From positions 14,415 to 78,414 of the forward strand of contig JABCZI010000014.1 of the NCBI GenBank assembly GCA_013289765.1: a stretch of DNA of 64,000 nt, given 5' to 3'. Position 1 is the stretch's first letter; each line of letters opens with the position of its first letter. The stretch is from Acidobacteriota bacterium (GTDB lineage: Bacteria > Acidobacteriota > Terriglobia > Terriglobales > Acidobacteriaceae). The notes beneath the pieces were generated by a model. The model searched no databases and was not told the DNA's origin. It was given only the letters and a program-made list of their open reading frames with translations. A program made the position numbers and the translations under genes. This document shows positions 1 through 8,809 of this stretch, in pieces.

Positions 1-3000
1 ACACCTTTGTGGTGATGGCGATCCTCATCCTGATCATGGGGGGACTCGCGATTGTTCGCACTCCTACAGACATTTTCCCTACGATCGATATTCCCGTCGT
101 GAGCATCATCTGGACCTACACCGGTCTCATCCCGCAGGATATGGCGGATCGAATTGTTGTCATCACGGAGAGAAACCTTACTACAACCGTGGACAACATC
201 GAACACCTGGAGTCTCAGTCTCTCTATGGAATCGCAGTTGTGAAAGTGTTCCTGCAGCCGACCGCCAATCTTCAACAGGGCATTGCACAGATCACGGCGG
301 TCTCGCAGACCCAACTCAAGCAATTGCCGGCGGGTACAACGCCGCCGCTCATTATTGCCTACAGCGCGTCGAGTGTGCCGGTGCTTCAGTTAGCACTTTC
401 CGGCCAAAATATGTCAGAGCAGGAACTCAATGACTATGGCCTGAATTTTATCCGGACACAAATTATTACAGTGCCGGGAACATCCGTGCCCTATCCCTAT
501 GGCGGCAAACAACGGCAGGTGCAGGTGGATCTGAATACGACAGCGTTGCAGTCCAAGGGACTATCTGCTCTGGATGTGGTGAATGCGATCAGCGTACAAA
601 ATCTGATCCTGCCCACGGGAACATCCAAGATCGGCTCCAAGGAATACGACGTATCCGTTCCTAACGCAGCACCGCAGACCATCGCGGATCTGAACCGGAT
701 CCCGATCAAGACCATCGGCAGCACTACCATCTACATGAAAGATGTGGCATGGGTGCGCGATGGTTTTCCCCCACAGACCAACATAGTGAAGGTCAATGGG
801 CAGCGCTCAGTGCTGCTTACGATTCAAAAGGCGGGCAGCGCCTCAACCCTCGATGTGATTTCTGGCGTCAAGGCCCTGCTGCCTCAAATTGCGTCGACAG
901 TTCCACCCCAACTCAAGATTACCCCCTTGGCGGATCAGTCCATTTTTGTTCGTGGCGCCATCAGCGGAGTGGTACGGGAAACGCTGATTGCCGCGTGCCT
1001 GACCGCTTTTATGATTCTCACATTCCTGGGCAGTTGGCGCAGCACCGTCATCATCGCGACCTCAATTCCTTTGGCAATCCTGACCTCGATTATTGTGTTC
1101 AGCGCCATCGGACAAACGATCAACATCATGACGCTCGGAGGACTCGCTTTAGCGGTAGGCATCCTGGTGGATGACGCCACCGTCGAGGTCGAGAATATCA
1201 ATCGCAACCGGGAGGCCGAGCCGGAGAAGGACATGGACGAAGTCGTCCTGGACAGTGCGTCTCAGATCGCCACGCCGGCTTTTGTCTCCACGCTCTCGAT
1301 CTGCATTGTATTTGCTCCCATGTTCTTACTCTCCGGCGTGGCTCGATACCTCTTCGTACCGCTTGCCGAGGCTGTGGTCTTCGCCATGTTGGCTTCCTAT
1401 TTCCTTTCGCGAACCATCGTCCCGACCATGGCGAAGTATTTATTGCGGAGCGAAAAACCACACTCCGGAAATGCACCTAGCCGCAATCCACTAGTACGTC
1501 TGCAAAAGCGTTTTGAGGAAGCCTTTGAAAAATTCCGTCAGAGCTATCGCAGCCTGCTGGAGGCCTGTCTGCATCACCGGCGTGCTTTCCTGATTGCATT
1601 CTTCGCGGTTTGCCTCGGCTCTCTGGCAATTCTGATTCCGTGGCTGGGCCGGGATTTCTTCCCCACCGTGGACAGCGGCACGTTCAAGCTTCATATGCGG
1701 GCTCCCACGGGAATGCGCATTGAAGAGACAGCCAACCTTTGCGATCTGATCGAGCAGTCGATTCGAAAGCAGATTCCAGCAGCAGAGGTGCAGAGCGTTA
1801 TCGACAACATAGGCCTGCCCTACAGCGGCATCAATCTCTCTTATAGCAATTCGGCCCCGGTTGGCACCCAGGATGCCGATATTCTGGTGACCCTGTCCAC
1901 CAAGCACCATCCCACAGACGACTACATACACCAGCTTCGCCTCACCCTGCCAAAGCAGTTTCCGGGTGTAAGCTTTGCATTCTTGCCGGCCGATATGGTC
2001 AGCCAAATCCTCAATTTTGGCCTCCCCGCCCCTATCGATGTTCAGATCGTCGGAAACAATCTGCAGGCGAACAGGGTTTATGCAGACGCATTGCTCGCGA
2101 AGGTGAGATATGTCTCCGGAGCGACCGATCTGCGGATTCAGCAACCCTTCGACGAACCCTATCTGCGCCTGAAAGTCGAACGCACCAAAGCGGAGCAACT
2201 TGGTTTCACTGCCCACGACATTGCGCAGAATCTTCTGGTGTCACTGAGTGGCAGCTTCCAGACTTCACCCTCGTTCTGGCTTGATCCAAAGAATCACGTC
2301 AGCTATCAGATCGCGACTCAAACTCCTCAATATCGCGCGGATACCCTTCAGGATATCCAGAACGTTCCCATTACAGGTACCGACCCTAACGCTCCTCCAT
2401 CGCTCATGGCCAGTCTGGTGTCTACGGAGCGAGGAGCGGGAATGGCTGTGGTTTCCGACTACAACGTTGCGCCCGTCATTGACATCTTCGGTTCAGTCGC
2501 GGGTCGCGACCTTGGTGGCGTAGCCGGCGACATCAACAAAATTATTGACGCCACGCGCCAGCAAGTACCGCGCGGTTCTCGAATTGTCGTCCGTGGGCAG
2601 GTTCAGACGATGCGGGCATCCTACATTGGTCTATTGGGCGGACTGGTGGGTTCAATCGTGCTGGTCTACCTTTTGATCGTAGTCAACTTTCAGTCCTGGC
2701 TCGATCCCTTCATCATGATTTCCGCACTGCCCGCAGCTCTTGCTGGGATTGCCTGGTTCTTGTTCATAACGCACACGACGCTAAGCGTGCCGGCGCTTAT
2801 GGGAGCCATCATGTGCATGGGCGTCGCAACCTCAAACAGCATCCTTGTGGTGAGCTTTGCCACGGAGAAAATGACGGAAGGAATGGATTCCGTCGGCGCC
2901 GCGCTCGAAGCGGGCTTCACACGTTTCCGCCCAGTGCTGATGACCGCGCTGGCGATGATCATCGGCATGGTCCCCATGGCTCTGGGACTCGGCGACGGCG

Positions 3001-3143
3001 GTGAACAAAATGCTCCCCTTGGTCGAGCGGTCATCGGTGGACTGATTTTCGCGACCGCCTCGACCCTGTTATTCGTTCCGGCATTTTTCAGCGTCTTGCA
3101 GGGCAAGCGGCAGCATTCAGCTCAAGTGGAAAGGTCACAGTAG
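1..3143 (+). CDS. RND efflux transporter permease subunit (AcrB/HAE type), N-terminus cut by window edge
   Basis: The frame of ORF 9..3143 stays open back to position 3 (TFVVMAILI...), which is inside TM1. About 1045 aa with a 12-TM, two-large-loop RND layout. Motif GGLALAVGILVDDATVEVENI. Confidence 0.92.
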   Translation, partial: TFVVMAILILIMGGLAIVRTPTDIFPTIDIPVVSIIWTYTGLIPQDMADRIVVITERNLTTTVDNIEHLESQSLYGIAVVKVFLQPTANLQQGIAQITAVSQTQLKQLPAGTTPPLIIAYSASSVPVLQLALSGQNMSEQELNDYGLNFIRTQIITVPGTSVPYPYGGKQRQVQVDLNTTALQSKGLSALDVVNAISVQNLILPTGTSKIGSKEYDVSVPNAAPQTIADLNRIPIKTIGSTTIYMKDVAWVRDGFPPQTNIVKVNGQRSVLLTIQKAGSASTLDVISGVKALLPQIASTVPPQLKITPLADQSIFVRGAISGVVRETLIAACLTAFMILTFLGSWRSTVIIATSIPLAILTSIIVFSAIGQTINIMTLGGLALAVGILVDDATVEVENINRNREAEPEKDMDEVVLDSASQIATPAFVSTLSICIVFAPMFLLSGVARYLFVPLAEAVVFAMLASYFLSRTIVPTMAKYLLRSEKPHSGNAPSRNPLVRLQKRFEEAFEKFRQSYRSLLEACLHHRRAFLIAFFAVCLGSLAILIPWLGRDFFPTVDSGTFKLHMRAPTGMRIEETANLCDLIEQSIRKQIPAAEVQSVIDNIGLPYSGINLSYSNSAPVGTQDADILVTLSTKHHPTDDYIHQLRLTLPKQFPGVSFAFLPADMVSQILNFGLPAPIDVQIVGNNLQANRVYADALLAKVRYVSGATDLRIQQPFDEPYLRLKVERTKAEQLGFTAHDIAQNLLVSLSGSFQTSPSFWLDPKNHVSYQIATQTPQYRADTLQDIQNVPITGTDPNAPPSLMASLVSTERGAGMAVVSDYNVAPVIDIFGSVAGRDLGGVAGDINKIIDATRQQVPRGSRIVVRGQVQTMRASYIGLLGGLVGSIVLVYLLIVVNFQSWLDPFIMISALPAALAGIAWFLFITHTTLSVPALMGAIMCMGVATSNSILVVSFATEKMTEGMDSVGAALEAGFTRFRPVLMTALAMIIGMVPMALGLGDGGEQNAPLGRAVIGGLIFATASTLLFVPAFFSVLQGKRQHSAQVERSQ

Positions 3144-3154
3144 GGAACAGCGGT

Positions 3155-4396
3155 ATGGAGAAATTCATGTTGCCTCAAACGGAACATCCTCAAGACACCC
3201 CTCAAACCGGCGCGGAAGTACGCCCTTTGAATAGCGTGGAAGCACCAAGACGCTCGCGCAAATCATGGCTTGCACTGGCGATCGCAGTGATTGCGGTGGT
3301 GGCTCTGTTGGCGTCGGGTATCTGGTCCCGAGTCAAGGCCCGAAACACGCTGAATACGGAGACGGCTCAAGCGGCGCTGCCGGCAGTGTCGGTTGTTTCG
3401 CCCAAACGGACTGCGCCGGCCGACGAAATCATTCTTCCCGGCAACGTGCAACCCTTCATCACTTCGCCCATCTACGCGAGAACCAATGGTTATCTGAAGA
3501 AGTGGTATTTCGACATTGGCGCGCACGTGAAGCAGGGACAGTTGCTCGCAGTAATCGAAACGCCAGAAGTCGATCAGCAACTCCAGCAAGCCCGCAGCAA
3601 CCTGCTGACGGCGCAGGCAAACCTCGAACTCGCTTCCATCACGAAGACCCGGTATCAGGGACTTCTGAAAAGCAACGCCGTATCCCAACAGGACGTCGAT
3701 AACGCGGTCGGCACGTACAACGCGAATAAAGCAATCGTCGAGGCTGACCAGGCGGCCGTTGCACAGTACTCGGCGTTGGTTTCCTTTGAAAAGGTCTACG
3801 CGCCATTCGATGGCGTAATTACGGCGCGCAACACCGATATCGGCGACCTTATTAATTCTGGCAGCAATAGCAATGTGAAAACCGATCTCTTTCACATCGC
3901 TCAACCCGGAACGCTGCGTGTCTACGTGAACGTTCCCGAGGAGTACTCGCAAGGGGTCAAAGTGGGCATGACGGCGGATCTGAGTCTCACTGAATTTCCG
4001 GGCCGAAAATTTCAGGGAAAGCTTGTTCGCACGGCCGACGCCATCAATTTGACCACGCGCACCTTGCTGATCGAAATCGATATTGCTAATCCTTCCGGCA
4101 CGCTGCTTACGGGATCGTATGCGGAGGTGCACTTGGCCATTCCGTCACAGGCATCCACCTTTTTGATTCCGGTCAATACTCTGCTGTTTCGCACGGAAGG
4201 CTTACGTGTTGGCCTTGTGAAAGACGGGAAGGTTGTGCTGGCTACGGTGACTCCCGGACACGATTTTGGGAATGAAATAGAAGCCGTGTCTGGTCTTAAA
4301 GCAAACGATCAGGTCATCCTCAACCCACCTGATTCAATTGTTGCCGGACAGGCAGTTCAAATTGTTCAGGCAACATTGCCGGGAGATGCCAAGTGA
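3155..4396 (+). CDS. RND efflux periplasmic adaptor (membrane fusion protein, HlyD family)
   Basis: N-terminal TM anchor WLALAIAVIAVVALLASGIW. Hairpin-type segment GQLLAVIETPEVDQQLQQARSNLLTAQANLELA. Starts 11 nt after the permease stop. Confidence 0.9.
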   Translation: MEKFMLPQTEHPQDTPQTGAEVRPLNSVEAPRRSRKSWLALAIAVIAVVALLASGIWSRVKARNTLNTETAQAALPAVSVVSPKRTAPADEIILPGNVQPFITSPIYARTNGYLKKWYFDIGAHVKQGQLLAVIETPEVDQQLQQARSNLLTAQANLELASITKTRYQGLLKSNAVSQQDVDNAVGTYNANKAIVEADQAAVAQYSALVSFEKVYAPFDGVITARNTDIGDLINSGSNSNVKTDLFHIAQPGTLRVYVNVPEEYSQGVKVGMTADLSLTEFPGRKFQGKLVRTADAINLTTRTLLIEIDIANPSGTLLTGSYAEVHLAIPSQASTFLIPVNTLLFRTEGLRVGLVKDGKVVLATVTPGHDFGNEIEAVSGLKANDQVILNPPDSIVAGQAVQIVQATLPGDAK

Positions 4397-5901
4397 ACCT
4401 GTCTCGAAAATCTGTTTTGGCCAAGATCCCGGGACAAGCTCTTTGGTTGATCTTGCTTGCGATAGCAGCGCTTGAGTTGACCGGATGCGTGGTTGGCCCA
4501 AAGTACCACCAGCCAGCGGTACAGGCTCCTCCTGCCTATAAAGAGGTAGGGGACTGGAAGCCTGCCCAACCCAATGACCAGAATCTTGGCGGTTCGTGGT
4601 GGACGATTTTTCAGGATCCGCAGCTCAACGAACTGGAAGATCAGATCAGTGTATCGAACCAGAATTTGAAAGCTGCCGAAGCGCAGTTCCGGCAATCCCG
4701 AGCCACTTTGCGTTACTATCGCGCCGACTACTACCCGACCGTGACAACCGCGCCATCGGCGACTCGCCAGCGCACCTCGTCGCGCCGGCCGCCACCGACT
4801 TCGACCTTCGATGGCATTACCTACAACGATTTTGTGCTGCCGTTCGACGTTTCCTATCAGGCCGACGTCTGGGGACGAGTTCGAAAAAACGTGGAATCCT
4901 ACCGAGAGCAAGCGCAAGCCAGCGCGGCGGACCTGGCTACGGTTAACCTGAGTATGCATGCGGATTTGGCAGTTGATTATTTCCAGGCTCGCAGCCTGGA
5001 TGCTGAGGAACAACTCCTGAACACCACGGTTACACAGTATGAACAAGCCTTGGAATTGACCGAGAACCGTTTCCAGGGAGGAATTGCTTCAGAAGTTGAA
5101 GTTGAGCAGTCGAAGACCATACTTCAGACTACGCGGGCGCAGGCGATTGATGTGGGTGTAGCGCGGGCACAGTACGAACATGCGGTCGCTATTCTTATCG
5201 GCAAGCCGCCCGCGGAGTTCAGCCTTCCCCCGCTACCTCTCACCGCACCGCCTCCGCACATTCCTCTTGGCATGCCTTCGGATCTGCTCGAAAGACGTCC
5301 GGATATTGCATCTGCAGAGAGGCTGGTTGCGTCCGCCAATGCCCAGATCGGAGTTGCAAAGTCGGCCTATTACCCGACGATCAGCTTGGGCGCGTCGGGA
5401 GGATTTGAAAGCTCCGCGATTACGACCCTCATCAACGGGCCGAGCGGACTCTGGTCGATAGGCCTCTCTGCCGCTGACACCATCTTCGACGCAGGAAGGC
5501 GCCGCGCTCTCACCGACCAGGCACGAGCCGCTTATGATTCTCAAGTCGCTACGTATCGACAGACGGTGCTGAATGGATTTCAACAGGTGGAAGACAACCT
5601 CGCGGCGGTGAGGATTCTGGAAAACGAAGCCAAAGTTCAGGACGAAGCGGTGGTCGCAGCGCAGCATTCGTTAGATCTTTCGATCACTCGCTACAAGGGA
5701 GGAGTTACAAGTTATCTCGAGGTGATCACCGCCCAAAATGCCGCCCTTACGGATGAAGTGACAGCGGTTAATATTTTGGGACGCCGGATGGCGAACACGG
5801 TGTTGTTGATTCAAGCCCTCGGCGGCGGATGGGACCGATCAACTTTGCCGGCCCGGCCCGAATGCTGCGGTAAGCTGGTGAGCAGCACAGGCTCAAATTA
5901 A
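4393..5901 (+). CDS. RND efflux outer-membrane factor lipoprotein (NodT/OprM family)
   Basis: Lipobox LELTGC. WWTIFQDPQLNELE motif. Duplicated TolC-like halves. The GTG start overlaps the adaptor stop (GTGA). Confidence 0.9.
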   Translation: MNLSRKSVLAKIPGQALWLILLAIAALELTGCVVGPKYHQPAVQAPPAYKEVGDWKPAQPNDQNLGGSWWTIFQDPQLNELEDQISVSNQNLKAAEAQFRQSRATLRYYRADYYPTVTTAPSATRQRTSSRRPPPTSTFDGITYNDFVLPFDVSYQADVWGRVRKNVESYREQAQASAADLATVNLSMHADLAVDYFQARSLDAEEQLLNTTVTQYEQALELTENRFQGGIASEVEVEQSKTILQTTRAQAIDVGVARAQYEHAVAILIGKPPAEFSLPPLPLTAPPPHIPLGMPSDLLERRPDIASAERLVASANAQIGVAKSAYYPTISLGASGGFESSAITTLINGPSGLWSIGLSAADTIFDAGRRRALTDQARAAYDSQVATYRQTVLNGFQQVEDNLAAVRILENEAKVQDEAVVAAQHSLDLSITRYKGGVTSYLEVITAQNAALTDEVTAVNILGRRMANTVLLIQALGGGWDRSTLPARPECCGKLVSSTGSN

Positions 5902-6234
5902 TTATGGCACGATTACGTCCGCGATCTTGCGCGGATTGCCTTCCGAACGCCCTTCTAACACGCCCGTTCCAGACAAACCGATCTATCAACATGCAGCGTG
6001 GTGTTATTGGAGAGTTTGATGGGTGTGATAGGAAATATGAATTGGACTCAGTGGTTGCCTACCTTTATCGTCTGCGAATCGCCTTGAACCCGATTCCTAA
6101 GCTCATCCAGATCGACGAAGGAGTACATTCCTTTATTGCCAAGACAGTGGGTAGTCTTCTATTTTGGGGTAGACTCACTTTCCTGCGTGAGCCGCCCTCG
6201 AAATGTTCACAAGGGCAGTCCTGTCGGCATTTAC

Positions 6235-6250
6235 TGGCGCGGTTTGAGCA
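6235..6250 (+). promoter_or_regulatory. Candidate sigma-54 (-24/-12) promoter upstream of amt
   Basis: TGGCGCG-gttt-GAGCA. GG and GC are spaced exactly as in TGGCACG-N4-TTGCW (8 of 11 consensus positions). The GC lies 55 nt upstream of ATG 6304. Confidence 0.35.
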
Positions 6251-6303
6251 GACCTTCGATGCAGATGAGATTCTCCGCCCTTGAGCGACAGGAGCAACCA
6301 AAC

Positions 6304-7995
6304 ATGAAGAAACGAGCCAACAGGCGTTTTGTGCGCCTGCCATTCGCATCGGCGAGCGTTGTCATCTCTCTGGCCGCCGCACTGTTCGCGTGCTTGACCT
6401 TGCCCTGCTTCGCCGACGATGGACCCAAGCCGGACCCGGCTGGCATTGTAACTGGCGATAAAAGTGCCGTCGTGGACGCGGCCGGCAATCCTTTTGTCGT
6501 TCCCGAGCCCACCGACAAGAATGCTCCCGATTACGCCGCGAACAAGAAGGCGTTCGATGAGTTTCAGGCTCAGGTAGCGAAAGAACCGCTCGCGGTGAAG
6601 CTCGCTGACAGTGTAGGACACGTGCGGGTCGCGACTAATTTTGCCTGGACTTTGAACACCGGCTACCTGGTCTTGTTCATGCAGGCGGGCTTTGCGTTGC
6701 TGACGTGCGGGCTGGTGCGAAAGAAAAATGCGGCCCACTTGATGATGCTGAATTTCGCGGCGTACGTGTTCGCCTTTCTGGCGTACTACGCGGTCGGATA
6801 TGCATTCCAGTTTGGAGCTGTAGGGATCAATGCTTCACCGGGCAACCTTGGTGGCCTTCCCACGCTGAACAAGTTCTTGATCGGGACTGGGCAGTGGGGA
6901 TTCGTGGGCGGCAAGGGCTTTTTTCTGACCGGTCCCGCCTATGACAGCGCCAGTAACTGCTTCGCGCTATTCGAAGTGGTATTCATGGAGACAGCTGGAT
7001 ACATTATTGTCGGTGCTATCTGTGAGCGGATTACGTTCTGGGCGTTTCTGCTGTGTGAACTATTTATCGGCGCGATCCTTTATCCGATCTCCGGCTGCTG
7101 GACGTGGGGTGGAGGCTGGCTGTCGCAATTGGGGTCCACGCTCAATCTGGGTCACGGTTATGTCGACTTTGCCGGTTCCTCGGTTGTCCACGCAGTCGGC
7201 GGATTCTGTGCCATGGCTCTGGCAATCATCCTGGGCCCGCGACTCGGCAAGTACGGTCCCGGCGGAAGGATCCGCGTTTTCCCCGCTCACAACATCGTGT
7301 ACGTGGTGACAGGGACGTTTATCCTGCTTTTCGGATGGATGGGATTTAATCCTGGTTCAACTTTGGGAGCGACCGATCTTCGCATTTCTGTAGTGGCTGT
7401 AAACACCAATCTTGCGGCGGTTGCGGGCTCCGCTGCGGCGATGCTGTTGTGGTACTTCCTATTCGGTAAGCCGGATATCACGATGGCATGCAACGGAATG
7501 CTGGCGGGACTGGTGGCGATCACCGCGCCATGCGCCTTTGTGTCCCCTACTTCCTCGGTCGTCATTGGCGTGCTGGCAGGCCTTCTGGTGTGCGGAGGCG
7601 TTCTATTCAACGAACGGGTACTCAAAATCGATGATCCTTGCGGCGCAATTTCGGTGCATGGCTACTGCGGATGGCTGGGTGCCGTTTGTGTCGGCATCTT
7701 TGCTGATGGCGTCTACGGAAGCGGTTGGAACGGAGTCGGTGTAACTTCTTATTTGGGACGAGCGGGTCAGGGCGTTACGGGCCTTATCCACGGTGACACG
7801 CGGCAGTTCCTGGTGCAACTCGGTGGCGCAACGTTGTATGCGATTTGGGCGTTCGGTGCAACTTATGTCGTCTTCTCACTGGTTAACAAAGTGAAGAGCA
7901 TGCGAGTGGCGCCCGAGGTGGAAGAGGAGGGGCTCGACGTTCCCGAGTTCGGCATGCCGGGCTATCCGGAAGATGCGGTGGTTACGCCGTACTAG
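6304..7995 (+). CDS. amt: Ammonium transporter (Amt family) with signal peptide and long N-terminal extension
   Basis: Motifs NFAWTLNTGYLVLFMQAGFALLTCG, DFAGSSVVHAVGGF and GAISVHGYCGWLGAV. Start moved from 6136 to ATG 6304 (MKKRANRRFVRLPF... signal peptide). The upstream part of the ORF has no protein-like character. Confidence 0.92.
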   Translation: MKKRANRRFVRLPFASASVVISLAAALFACLTLPCFADDGPKPDPAGIVTGDKSAVVDAAGNPFVVPEPTDKNAPDYAANKKAFDEFQAQVAKEPLAVKLADSVGHVRVATNFAWTLNTGYLVLFMQAGFALLTCGLVRKKNAAHLMMLNFAAYVFAFLAYYAVGYAFQFGAVGINASPGNLGGLPTLNKFLIGTGQWGFVGGKGFFLTGPAYDSASNCFALFEVVFMETAGYIIVGAICERITFWAFLLCELFIGAILYPISGCWTWGGGWLSQLGSTLNLGHGYVDFAGSSVVHAVGGFCAMALAIILGPRLGKYGPGGRIRVFPAHNIVYVVTGTFILLFGWMGFNPGSTLGATDLRISVVAVNTNLAAVAGSAAAMLLWYFLFGKPDITMACNGMLAGLVAITAPCAFVSPTSSVVIGVLAGLLVCGGVLFNERVLKIDDPCGAISVHGYCGWLGAVCVGIFADGVYGSGWNGVGVTSYLGRAGQGVTGLIHGDTRQFLVQLGGATLYAIWAFGATYVVFSLVNKVKSMRVAPEVEEEGLDVPEFGMPGYPEDAVVTPY

Positions 7996-8040
7996 TGGCC
8001 AGAGGAGTGCCGGACCCTGATTCTGCTGTAGGCTTGCTCT

Positions 8041-8421
8041 ATGCAAACTCATCTCGGCCGGGCGCTGAGGACTGTTCCCGGCGCGCTCGGTATGATCACG
8101 CTCGCGGGCGTCGGATTACTCTTCGCTTGGGATTTCCGTCCAGCGTCTTTTCCTAGCGGAGCGCATGACTTTCTAGCCGCGTTTCCCCTTGCCATGATCG
8201 CCGCGGCGTATTTGATCTACCAGGCAGCGCAACGTCCGGGACCCCTGGAATTCGTCAAAGCGATCCTGCTTGCCAGCGCTTTTCTCTTCTGGGCGGCGAA
8301 TCAATTGTGGCCGGGTCTGCCTTGGGCTACTCGCTTCAATGACATTGCGATCGCCCTCTTCGTGCTCGATATCTTCCTGGTCATCATTGGCCGGCCCGCC
8401 ATCTCTCAGAAGAATCTTTAG
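8041..8421 (+). CDS. Small hypothetical integral membrane protein (about 4 TM)
   Basis: 126-aa ORF made of hydrophobic helices (GMITLAGVGLLFAW, FPLAMIAAAYLIY, ILLASAFLFWAA, IAIALFVLDIFLVII). Lies 46 nt after amt. Confidence 0.6.
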   Translation: MQTHLGRALRTVPGALGMITLAGVGLLFAWDFRPASFPSGAHDFLAAFPLAMIAAAYLIYQAAQRPGPLEFVKAILLASAFLFWAANQLWPGLPWATRFNDIAIALFVLDIFLVIIGRPAISQKNL

Positions 8422-8809
8422 CTGAGACCTTTGCCGATCAGGATGATCGGACCCGCACTGATGTACTCGCGCAGTCGCTTTCCGTCTTCCTAAATAGGAA
8501 CGTCGAACCCTTTTCTTTCCGTGTGCAGTGCTTTCGGAGATGCTGTACGAAATCGCTAAGTGTTTTGTGGCTTTTTGATTGCAGTGGGTCACTGGAAGAC
8601 AAAAAGCCGCCACCTTCTAAGAAGGCTGTTCCATACAGATAGAGGGTTTATGACATTTTTATGAACTTTTTACCCGCTCTTTACGGGTTGTCGAATGTAA
8701 TCGTGATGTGACCGCCAGGAACGTTTTGAAACGCCTTCGCCTTTCAGGTCAGATTGCGGGCCGTCAGTTACTCAAGGAACGGGGATTTCAGACCGGAAAG
8801 GATTCCAAC

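Noticed and set aside
5904-6284. 126-aa ORF between the efflux OMF and amt
   Set aside because: It has lower third-position GC and many rare codons (tta, cta, aga, agg, agt) compared with its neighbours, and no recognisable domain. It would contain the candidate amt promoter. Treated as non-coding leader or promoter region.
8569-8608. 9-bp stem GGCTTTTTG/CAAAAAGCC with a 22-nt loop upstream of the porin gene
   Set aside because: No U-tract follows on either strand and the loop is long. A single 9-bp inverted repeat is within chance expectation for this window, so it is left unannotated.
8594-8609. GG-N10-GC element (TGGAAGacaaaAAGCC) upstream of the porin gene, and TGGCAC strings at 5905 and 27132
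   Set aside because: Only 6 of 11 consensus positions match at 8594, and the element is buried in a hairpin arm. The TGGCAC strings at 5905 and 27132 lack a correctly spaced GC. Not called as sigma-54 promoters.
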